DNA of 64,000 nucleotides from Candidatus Berkiella sp. (GTDB lineage Bacteria; Pseudomonadota; Gammaproteobacteria; Berkiellales; Berkiellaceae): NCBI GenBank assembly GCA_050247135.1, contig JBFWUT010000002.1, positions 61,850 to 125,849 of the forward strand, read 5' to 3'. Shown piece by piece: positions 55,947 to 64,000 of this stretch (position 1 is its first letter; each line of letters starts with the position of its first letter). The notes under the pieces were generated by a model. It saw only the letters and a program-made list of their open reading frames with translations, ran no database searches and was not told where the DNA came from. The position numbers and the translations under genes were made by a program.

Positions 55947-58685
55947 ATGAAAAGCGGCAGCCAAGACAACCTCACTCAAAATCCCATTCTTTCCTTATTG
56001 AACTCTTCTGAATCCGACATCGTTAAGATACTTGGCATCCTTAAATTAATGAGCACAGAAGGCAAAATACGCCCCCCCAAACCCCTGATTAAATTTCCGG
56101 TCTTTCAAGGTGGCGGTGCAAAGGGCGGCGCTTATATTGGTGCTTATGAGGCGCTAGACAAAAAGGGCTTTCTTGATGAAATAGTTTGTCCAGGAGGCGC
56201 TTCTGCTGGCGGGATTGTGGCTTTCTTTATGGGCCTGGGTTTTGACGGCGCGCAATTTCGTGCCATCTCAGAAAATTTAAATTTCAATGACTTTATTGAT
56301 TTCAAAAAGAATGGCTGGAGTGAATATTTAAGTGGACATAAACTAGGCAATGCTATTGATTTGGTTCGTTATGGTGCTGTCTCTCCGGGCAAATCATTTC
56401 ACCAATGGGCCAGCTATTTTGTCGAGCAAGTCTTAGGTGATAAAAATGCGACTTTTCGTGACTTACATGAAAAACTAGCCACTGATCCTACCTTAAAAGA
56501 CATGCTTTTTACGGCAACTCACTATGGCACCAAAGGGGACAGCCAAGCTGCACAAGTTTTTTCATTTGCCACCACGCCAGATGTGGTGATTGCTGATGCT
56601 TTTAGAGCTACCATAAGCTACCCTGGCGCCTTTGAGCCCTGGCAGGTCAGACAAAAGGAAATTGTCGATGGTAAAGTCACTTTCAAATCACTGGGATTTT
56701 TTGCCGACGGCGGCATTTTAAACAACTTGCCTCTCACTTGTTATAATACTGAGTATTATGCCGATCCGCATTATCAAAACCTTGAGCGTGTTGATTATCG
56801 TAATCAGCCTGTTAAAGTGAATCCCTCTGTTGTAGGTTTTAGCTTAACCGAACTTGAAGAACTGAATGATGATATTACTCCTATGACTGAACGCGTTAAA
56901 GCGTTGCAACAAAGAGTCAAAAAAAATAATAATTCCCCCGTCGCTAAAGCACAAGTTGCGCCAAGCTCTTGGCACTTAATGGACATTGCAAAGGCTGCTT
57001 TGTGGAATACTTTTGGTAAGCCTGAGGCTGAAGATGTGGCTGATAAACAAAAAATTTATTTTGATCAAACTGTGCAAGTCTGGCCAGAAAATGTGTCAAC
57101 TCTTGAATTTGATTTAGCCCGAGACAAACTAGCACGTATTTCTGCAAACGGTAAACAAGCCACTCAACTTTGGCTGGAGAAAAATCGAAACTCAGCCGAT
57201 GCCTATGATTATAAGCAACATCATGATGATAGATTGACTAAGCAAGAGGAAAAGCAGAAACAAAAAGATCCAGAAAAATTTTATTTCACCAAATTGAGTT
57301 CGTTGTTTATGGATCTTTTTAAAGAAATTAAAAAACAAGGGAAAATCGATTGCACAAAGCAAGGTTTGTTGAAGAATACTCGCATACGGTATCTTGCTAA
57401 TCAAATCATTCACTTCGCTACTTTGTCTACTAAAGACAAATTAGATGTTGTTGAGAAAGCTTATATCCATGCTGGTGAATTCTTCCAACAACGTGAAATG
57501 GCTATCGCACAAAATCGAGCAAACCGCTGGGACATGATCCAACCTGAAAAAATACTTAAAAACATTTGTAACAAACTTAATTCCGATCCCAAATCGGCTA
57601 TCAAATTAATCAAAAGCCAACTCAGCAATGTTATTGCCCTGGCAGAACAAAACCAAGGTCAATTGCTGAAAGTATTGGTGAATACTAATAATGCTCAATT
57701 AACGGATAAAGTATTAGGCATTATCGCTAAAGCACTAAATCAGGCTTATTATCATGGAAAATTTACTAATCCACGCTGCTACATGAGTCGTCTCTTGGAT
57801 AATGCAAATCCTTCTTTAATAAGCTTAGCTTTACAACATGATAATCTCAACATACTCAATATTTTGCTTAAACATGGCATTAATGTTCGCCATCAAAATG
57901 CCAGCACGGGAAACGATGCTTTACAAGAAGCCGTAGTGCTTTCACATTTCGCTGGGTTCAAAAAACTTGTAATGGAGTGTATTGATGAGGAAAACTCATT
58001 TGAAAATATCCGAATCGGTAAAGACAACCTTTGGCAATACCTCTTTAATCATGCTTCAAATGATTTTATAACTGCGCTCTGTCATGACAACTATTTTTTA
58101 CACATCATCGCAAGCGAAACAACAGATGACAACGGTTTGAATATATTACATCACTTGGCACAAAAGGGCACTCCTGCGGCTTTTGCTAGTATGACTTATT
58201 CCATTATGGCAGACGGCGTGCTTTCGAAAACATTGCTCACCAATAAAGACTTTCGGGGACAATCGCCACTGGCTTATATCATTAAACATAACCGTGAAGA
58301 TATTTTGCAAGCATTGGTAACTGAAGGCAAAGGAAAATATGCCGGATACTTCACTACTGGCGATTTCTTTTTAGATCATGTTTTTGATATTAAAGAAGCC
58401 AATCGTCATAGTCTACATGACTTAAAGCAAGCCTATCTTGAAGCACCCAACTTGTATCGCTATCTTATTAAGAACCTGAGCAGTCAAGCTAAAGCTGATT
58501 CACTTAACAATACTATTACCAGTTCACTACACTTTGGTATTTTAGATCAGCCTTCCATTCAAACTATTGAACTTGCCGCCATTCATCAAGAGCCAGTGAT
58601 TTTTCATCCCATTTTCAAGAAGGAAACAAAGGATATTGAGCAGGCAATTGCTTCTTTAAAAAAGCAATTGCAATTAGTGGCCTAA
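55947..58685 (+). CDS. large patatin-like phospholipase domain protein (912 aa; Vpd-like) with ankyrin-like C-terminal region
   Basis: The N-terminal patatin domain has the oxyanion hole FQGGGAKGGAYIG and the nucleophile GASAG. The long C-terminal extension carries ANK-like repeats (LNILNILLKHGINVRHQNASTGNDALQEAVVLSHF...). Confidence 0.7.
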   Translation: MKSGSQDNLTQNPILSLLNSSESDIVKILGILKLMSTEGKIRPPKPLIKFPVFQGGGAKGGAYIGAYEALDKKGFLDEIVCPGGASAGGIVAFFMGLGFDGAQFRAISENLNFNDFIDFKKNGWSEYLSGHKLGNAIDLVRYGAVSPGKSFHQWASYFVEQVLGDKNATFRDLHEKLATDPTLKDMLFTATHYGTKGDSQAAQVFSFATTPDVVIADAFRATISYPGAFEPWQVRQKEIVDGKVTFKSLGFFADGGILNNLPLTCYNTEYYADPHYQNLERVDYRNQPVKVNPSVVGFSLTELEELNDDITPMTERVKALQQRVKKNNNSPVAKAQVAPSSWHLMDIAKAALWNTFGKPEAEDVADKQKIYFDQTVQVWPENVSTLEFDLARDKLARISANGKQATQLWLEKNRNSADAYDYKQHHDDRLTKQEEKQKQKDPEKFYFTKLSSLFMDLFKEIKKQGKIDCTKQGLLKNTRIRYLANQIIHFATLSTKDKLDVVEKAYIHAGEFFQQREMAIAQNRANRWDMIQPEKILKNICNKLNSDPKSAIKLIKSQLSNVIALAEQNQGQLLKVLVNTNNAQLTDKVLGIIAKALNQAYYHGKFTNPRCYMSRLLDNANPSLISLALQHDNLNILNILLKHGINVRHQNASTGNDALQEAVVLSHFAGFKKLVMECIDEENSFENIRIGKDNLWQYLFNHASNDFITALCHDNYFLHIIASETTDDNGLNILHHLAQKGTPAAFASMTYSIMADGVLSKTLLTNKDFRGQSPLAYIIKHNREDILQALVTEGKGKYAGYFTTGDFFLDHVFDIKEANRHSLHDLKQAYLEAPNLYRYLIKNLSSQAKADSLNNTITSSLHFGILDQPSIQTIELAAIHQEPVIFHPIFKKETKDIEQAIASLKKQLQLVA

Positions 58686-58695
58686 TTGTGAGATA

Positions 58696-59082
58696 TCATT
58701 GCAACGTTTTGAAGAAGGACTCGATCTTGGCAGCAAAATCTGCGACTTCAATTGGCTTGGTGATCATGCCGATGCAACCACAGTCAATGGCATTTTTCCG
58801 ATCCTCTTCCATGACTAGGGCGGTAAATGCCACAACCTTAATCGAAGCCGTATTAGGGTCTTGTTTTAAAGCGCGGGTAATTTCAAAACCATCCTGATCT
58901 GGCATTTGCATGTCCATTAAGATCAAATCAGGTTTATGAGTACTAGCGAGTCGAATCCCTGTCTGACCATCAAGCGCCCTTAATACCGAGTACCCTTCCA
59001 TCTCTAACAATTGGGAGGCAATATCCATATTCATCTCGTTGTCTTCAACTACTAGGATGGTCTTGTTTTTCATTGTACTCAC
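58696..59082 (-). CDS. stand-alone response-regulator receiver (CheY-like)
   Basis: KTILVVEDNEMN...DLILMDMQMPDQDGFEI...VVAFTA...KP is the REC fold, with an acidic pocket and a phospho-acceptor Asp. 128 aa. Confidence 0.8.
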   Translation of the reverse strand: MSTMKNKTILVVEDNEMNMDIASQLLEMEGYSVLRALDGQTGIRLASTHKPDLILMDMQMPDQDGFEITRALKQDPNTASIKVVAFTALVMEEDRKNAIDCGCIGMITKPIEVADFAAKIESFFKTLQ

Positions 59083-59270
59083 CTTACCGTAACTTTATAC
59101 AGTGTGCTTTTTAACAGATTCTCATTTTATTGAATCGAAAGAATATATAGTGTATATACACATTTGTGAGCTTATACACAAATAACTAGAACACTTTTCA
59201 TAATGTAGATTAGATCGAATACTTATGTCGGTATTTGGAAATTCATCCAGGACAGGATTTATTAACTCTT

Positions 59271-59798
59271 TTAGTGACAGATACAATCAATCAGAATGTT
59301 AATACGACGCTGTAAAATGGCTAATGAAGGGTTATCTGAGGTTAAACCAGTCAGTGAAAATCGAAAGACTTCTGCTAATTCCTGGTTATGTAGTATCGAA
59401 GTTGCCATTTGAATGAACTTCTTACGATATTTTTCCTCAAATTTGGGTAAGTTACTAAAAAGTTCACTAAAAAACTCAGCCGCAGCGAATGAATTAGAGA
59501 TCATTGGCCAATCTTTCAAGATGATAATTTCTACCATTTTATGGAGTTTATCTTTTTTGGAGAGATGGCTTGAAAGGCACTGTTCAGCTAGGGTGTATCG
59601 TTCGTTGAATCGATCTTCTACCATGCAAGTAAAAAGATCTTCTTTGTCTTTGAAGTGTTGATATATCAATGGGCGAGAAATACCTGTTTTTTGGGCAACC
59701 AGATCTAAACTGGTTTTTGAGTAGCCGAACTGAACAAAGCATTCAAAGGCGGCCCGAAGGATGTCTTGTTTGCGAGTTTCAAGTTTGGTTCGTGACAT
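59271..59798 (-). CDS. TetR-family transcriptional regulator
   Basis: N-terminal HTH ILRAAFECFVQFGYSKTSLDLVAQKTGISRPLIYQHFKDKEDLF. Confidence 0.8.
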   Translation of the reverse strand: MSRTKLETRKQDILRAAFECFVQFGYSKTSLDLVAQKTGISRPLIYQHFKDKEDLFTCMVEDRFNERYTLAEQCLSSHLSKKDKLHKMVEIIILKDWPMISNSFAAAEFFSELFSNLPKFEEKYRKKFIQMATSILHNQELAEVFRFSLTGLTSDNPSLAILQRRINILIDCICH

Positions 59799-59915
59799 GT
59801 TACTTCACACAACAGAGGGATGGTCAATTCTGTCAAAACAAGGTGATTATGTCAATTGGAAACTTTGCTAACAAACTAAAATATCTATAAGAAGCGTAAA
59901 ATCAAGGAAGAAGAC

Positions 59916-61991
59916 ATGGCGACTGTACTGATTGTTGATGATAGAGCGATCAATCGAGAATACCTAGAGTCATTGCTAAATTACCTCAACCTCGAGTCGA
60001 TGCATGCACAAAATGGCCAAGAGGCCCTAGACGCCGTTCAAAAAAAATGTCCCGACTTAATCATTTCAGATATTTTAATGCCTGTCATGGACGGCTATAC
60101 CTTTATTCGGCAATTAAAACAAAGTGGTTTTACAGATATCCCTATCATTATGTACACCGCCACCTACCGCAAAGAAGAAGCCGAACTCTTAGCCGATGAT
60201 TTAGGAGTACAACATGTACTTTCAAAACCTGCTGATCCACAACTGTTAGTAGAAACTATTCAAAAGGCTCTTGGGATCCCAAATGCCTCTCAAGCGGTTT
60301 GTGAAACAGTCGCTCAAAACCAAGATGATTTAAAAATTAATTTATATCAAGCGCCCCAACAATTGATTATCAGTGGGGGCAAGTTGTTACAAGCGACTGA
60401 ACAGCTCCAGCGCATTAAAGAAATGTTACAAAAAACACCCGCATCTCATGAAAAATCATCCCTCATTTCGTTAGCTGATGATTTAGCGGATGACATTCAA
60501 AATTATCGCAAGACTAATAGCGATCTCTTCCTATTAATTGAGTTGACATTGGAAATGATCGCAGAGAAAGATGTTGAAAAATTGATACAATTATTTTGCG
60601 ATGGCACCAGAAAAGCAGTGGATGCCGAATTTGGTCTTACCTGTATTCTAGATAGTGAAGGAAAGATCCGCCATGTAATGACCTCTGGCTTTACCGATGT
60701 AGGATTTGCACAAAACGCTTTTAATTTAAGCAGCACCTTCGTTCAAGAGGTATTGCAAAAACGCAGTGCATTTGCAATTAATGAGGTCACTCCTCAAACA
60801 CTTACCTGGCATACTACAGCCCCATCTGGCATATTGTGTACGGCTGTGTTTACTGCGAATCAAGTATATGGCTTTTCCTATTTTATTAATAAAAAGAATG
60901 ATGTTCCTTTCAAAGAGGAAGAAATCAGAATACTTGACACTCTCGTTAGCGTGCTGGCAATCTTTTATGAAAACATGGAACTCTATACTCTTATTCAGCA
61001 GCAGGCTGCCAAATTACAAATTGAAAGCTCCAAACTTAAAATCGCCAAAGACGAACTGCATAAAAGCGAAGTGATGTTTCGTCAATTTGCTGAAAATATT
61101 GAAGATGTTTTTTGGAGAACGTCATCTACCTTAGACAAAATTATTTATATCAGTCCTGGTTATGAAACCATTTGGGGTAAATCAACCGCTTCGATTTACC
61201 AAGACCCTTGCTCATGGCAAGAACTTATCGTTGAGGAAGATAAGTCGAAAGTTAACAGCTTCATCAAAAAGATTATCGAGAATGAAGAAGGCGCCTCACT
61301 TGAATACCGAATTAAACATCCCGATGGAATGATCCGAAATATTTACAATAAAACTATCTGTCTTAAAGATGAGAGCGGTAAACTTGATCATATTATTGGT
61401 ATTGCCTCTGATGTTACGGAATATTTACAGAATCAAAAAGAAATAAAACTTGAAAATGAGCTGGCTGAGTTATTAGAAAAAGATGTCTCGCTCATGCAGG
61501 TTGCACCACAAATTTTACAATTAGTTTGTAAAGTTTTTGAGTGGCAAATTGGTGAAATGTGGTTAACTGATGATGAAAGAAATGTCCTGCAAAATATTGG
61601 CATATGGCACAAAAAACGCAAATCATATGGCGCGTTTGCCCTGGCCACTTCCAATACCACCTTAAAGATCGAAGAGGATTCTCCTGGCATCGTCTGGCAA
61701 AAACGCGAGCCGAAACGCTTTGCCAATTATTCTTCGCATGCTTCTTTTAAGCGCAGCGCGTTGATGTATGAGCTTGATCTGCATGATGCAGCAGGATTAC
61801 CACTTTTATATCAAGATAAAGTCTTAGGTGTTATGCATTTTTTTGCCAAAAAAATAACCACGTTTGACGAAAACTTTAATCGCATTTTAATGATGCTTGG
61901 TAGCCGGGTTAGTGAATATATTTATCAGAAAATGACGCAAGAGCAATTATTGCAGCTCGTGCGAAGAGGAAGTTATCGAGTTATTTTTTGA
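59916..61991 (+). CDS. response regulator with REC-GAF-PAS-GAF architecture and no recognisable output domain
   Basis: The N-terminal REC domain (VLIVDD...DLIISDILMPVMDGY...KP) is followed by GAF-like, PAS (FWRTSSTLDKIIYISPGYETIWG...EYRIKHPDGMIRN) and a second GAF-like region. There is no HATPase, GGDEF, EAL, HD-GYP or HTH. Confidence 0.65.
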   Translation: MATVLIVDDRAINREYLESLLNYLNLESMHAQNGQEALDAVQKKCPDLIISDILMPVMDGYTFIRQLKQSGFTDIPIIMYTATYRKEEAELLADDLGVQHVLSKPADPQLLVETIQKALGIPNASQAVCETVAQNQDDLKINLYQAPQQLIISGGKLLQATEQLQRIKEMLQKTPASHEKSSLISLADDLADDIQNYRKTNSDLFLLIELTLEMIAEKDVEKLIQLFCDGTRKAVDAEFGLTCILDSEGKIRHVMTSGFTDVGFAQNAFNLSSTFVQEVLQKRSAFAINEVTPQTLTWHTTAPSGILCTAVFTANQVYGFSYFINKKNDVPFKEEEIRILDTLVSVLAIFYENMELYTLIQQQAAKLQIESSKLKIAKDELHKSEVMFRQFAENIEDVFWRTSSTLDKIIYISPGYETIWGKSTASIYQDPCSWQELIVEEDKSKVNSFIKKIIENEEGASLEYRIKHPDGMIRNIYNKTICLKDESGKLDHIIGIASDVTEYLQNQKEIKLENELAELLEKDVSLMQVAPQILQLVCKVFEWQIGEMWLTDDERNVLQNIGIWHKKRKSYGAFALATSNTTLKIEEDSPGIVWQKREPKRFANYSSHASFKRSALMYELDLHDAAGLPLLYQDKVLGVMHFFAKKITTFDENFNRILMMLGSRVSEYIYQKMTQEQLLQLVRRGSYRVIF

Positions 61992-62039
61992 CTTGAGTGA
62001 CCTATAACCAATATTAAGTAGATTACGTAGGATAGCGAT

Positions 62040-63914
62040 TTAAAATTCGCAATAGCTACCAATCGCGATAGTTCGATCATAGGGAAGGTGATAAAACTCA
62101 ATATCCAAAGTTGAATTTCGCATTAAAAAAGCAAAAAGCTTTTCTTGCCAGTAAAAGGCCAATGTCGATTTTCTCTTTGTCGCTGCAATATGCGTTAACT
62201 CAATCATATACATCGCATCTTTGAGATCAACCTCAAATGGAAACAATCCATTTTTCTTTGCTATAGCTAGAACCATGGGAATATGAATAAGCTGCATAAA
62301 TCCCACAAGAATATTCAAGGTATAAATATTGGAACTTAATTTTTCAAATTTACAGCGTTCATCTATGGGAACATAAGGTTTATTTGCCGTGCTTAACGTA
62401 ACAATCAATACCTTGTCAGGTATAACTTTATTTAATTTAAAGTATTTAAATAAATTTTCAGCATTTTTATCATAAGGTTCATTGATAAATATCGCTGTTG
62501 TATCTGCTAAATCATATAAATTCTTAACCTTTAAACTACGAATATTTTCCGCCAAATCACGTTTGCTTTTATAATAAGATTGCCTTAAATATTGCATACC
62601 CATATGCCAAGTCAACATTATTGTAACGCAGAATATCGCAAACAATATAGGAACCCAACCTCCACTTACTATTTTATGTGCATTGGATCCAAAAAAGGCA
62701 AGTTCAATGAATAAGAAGAACGACAATATAGTGAATATTTTAAATAACGACCACTTCCAAACTAAACGTGCCGCATACATCATTAAAATGGTAACGGTAA
62801 TCATTTCAAGATTCACAGCAATCCCATACGCAAATGCCATGGCGCTTGAATTTTTAAAAGCCAATACAAAAGATAATGTGCCAAAAGCTAATAGGATATT
62901 CATTTGTGGAACATAGACCTGACCCTTCTCTTCTTCTGATGTTTGCACGATTGGAATTTTAGGGATAAGATCTAATAACACCGCTTGTTTAGCAATGGAA
63001 AAAGTTGCTGAAATCACAGCTTGAGAAGCAATGATAGTAGCTAAAGTGGCAATTATTAACAGTGGATAAGCAAACCAGTCAGGTGCTAAAGAATAAAACG
63101 GGTTAGCAATTGCTTCAGGATGTTCTAATACGTACGCGCCTTGACCAAAATAGTTGAGCAATAGTGCTGGTAATACCAAGAAAAACCAACCTCGTCGAAT
63201 TGCGCCTTTGCCAAATTGCCCCATATCAGCATATAAAGCTTCGCCTCCGGTCACGACCAAAAATACCGCACCTAATAGAATGTAGCCTCTGAAACCATTT
63301 TCAATAAAAAAATGCACTGCATAGTAAGGATTAAGCGCATTGTAGACTTGAGTATTATCATTAATGTGCAAAATACCAAGACTACCTATTGTTACGAACC
63401 AAATCACTAGAATAGGTCCAAATAAAGAACCAAGACGTGCGGTGCCAAAATGTTGATTAAAATATAAAAGTAATAAAATAACAATTGTAATAGGAAGCGT
63501 ATAGTGTTGGAATTCAGGCGATACTACTGACAAACCCTCAATAGCACTGGTCACAGAAATCGCTGGAGTGATGATTCCATCACCTATCAATAGTGCTGTA
63601 CCCATGATGGCAACACTTAAAAACAATTTAAATGCTTTTTCATTATTTTTTTTAATTAAGGCTAACATTGACAAAATGCCGCCTTCTCCTTCATTGTCTG
63701 CACGCAGCACGAATATCAAATATTTAATGGAAATAAGTATTATTAAAGCCCAGAAAATCAGTGACAATACACCTAGGATATTGTTGACTGAAATATCAAG
63801 ACCTTGTAACGATTCTCGAAAGGCATATAAGGGGCTTGTACCTAAATCCCCATATACAATCCCGATTGCAGCAAGCATCAAGGGCCATTTGTTTTTGTTA
63901 GAGGCTGCTTCCAT
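62040..63914 (-). CDS. kup: KUP/HAK/KT potassium uptake transporter
   Basis: N-terminal signature LAAIGIVYGDLGTSPLYAFRE. 624 aa polytopic protein with a C-terminal cytoplasmic domain. Confidence 0.85.
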   Translation of the reverse strand: MEAASNKNKWPLMLAAIGIVYGDLGTSPLYAFRESLQGLDISVNNILGVLSLIFWALIILISIKYLIFVLRADNEGEGGILSMLALIKKNNEKAFKLFLSVAIMGTALLIGDGIITPAISVTSAIEGLSVVSPEFQHYTLPITIVILLLLYFNQHFGTARLGSLFGPILVIWFVTIGSLGILHINDNTQVYNALNPYYAVHFFIENGFRGYILLGAVFLVVTGGEALYADMGQFGKGAIRRGWFFLVLPALLLNYFGQGAYVLEHPEAIANPFYSLAPDWFAYPLLIIATLATIIASQAVISATFSIAKQAVLLDLIPKIPIVQTSEEEKGQVYVPQMNILLAFGTLSFVLAFKNSSAMAFAYGIAVNLEMITVTILMMYAARLVWKWSLFKIFTILSFFLFIELAFFGSNAHKIVSGGWVPILFAIFCVTIMLTWHMGMQYLRQSYYKSKRDLAENIRSLKVKNLYDLADTTAIFINEPYDKNAENLFKYFKLNKVIPDKVLIVTLSTANKPYVPIDERCKFEKLSSNIYTLNILVGFMQLIHIPMVLAIAKKNGLFPFEVDLKDAMYMIELTHIAATKRKSTLAFYWQEKLFAFLMRNSTLDIEFYHLPYDRTIAIGSYCEF

Positions 63915-64000
63915 TTGCTCTATCTCTTTGCCATGCTGTATATTTTAGACTGGGTTAAATCAGATACGGTAGTCATTCACTATTAAATATATATGTAAGT

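Noticed and set aside
1-64000. CRISPR arrays, rRNA or tRNA genes
   Set aside because: I found no regularly spaced direct repeats with unique spacers and no cloverleaf-capable segments in intergenic regions. The only dispersed repeat family is the REP-like CAGGACATCCAAA motif, which lacks CRISPR periodicity.

Overview
A 64 kb chromosomal segment from an AT-rich gammaproteobacterium. From gene content it is probably a Legionella or other Legionellales relative: an F-box/ankyrin protein, two patatin-like phospholipases, and many coiled-coil, proline-rich or low-complexity orphan proteins of the kind that make up Dot/Icm effector islands. The lineage assignment is an inference. Housekeeping content: cydAB, a TerC/Alx-like protein, def, a thioesterase-kdsB-HIT-HAD operon, MFS-cinA, fabV, a NUDIX hydrolase and kup. 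Accessory content: (i) a long-form IS200-like Y1 (RAYT-like) transposase flanked in inverted orientation by copies of a CAGGACATCCAAA repeat that also recurs at other loci; (ii) a probable Zur-controlled cluster (His-rich OMP, znuA, znuB, zur) preceded by a Zur-box-like palindrome; (iii) a seven-gene plus-strand operon that fuses a PspA-less ydjI/ydjH-like SPFH/DUF4178 module to DUF350, a membrane aminopropyltransferase and a Tat-exported amine oxidase, lying divergent from xpaC-telA-like genes; (iv) a Ku-LigD NHEJ operon; (v) an atypical 878 aa GH13-like protein behind two tandem paralogous orphan genes; (vi) an effector-like island at about 49-59 kb. I found no rRNA, tRNA or CRISPR array by eye. 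The ORF track starts some ORFs at TTG/GTG; where an internal ATG with a Shine-Dalgarno sequence removes an overlap with a neighbouring gene I give the adjusted start and say so.
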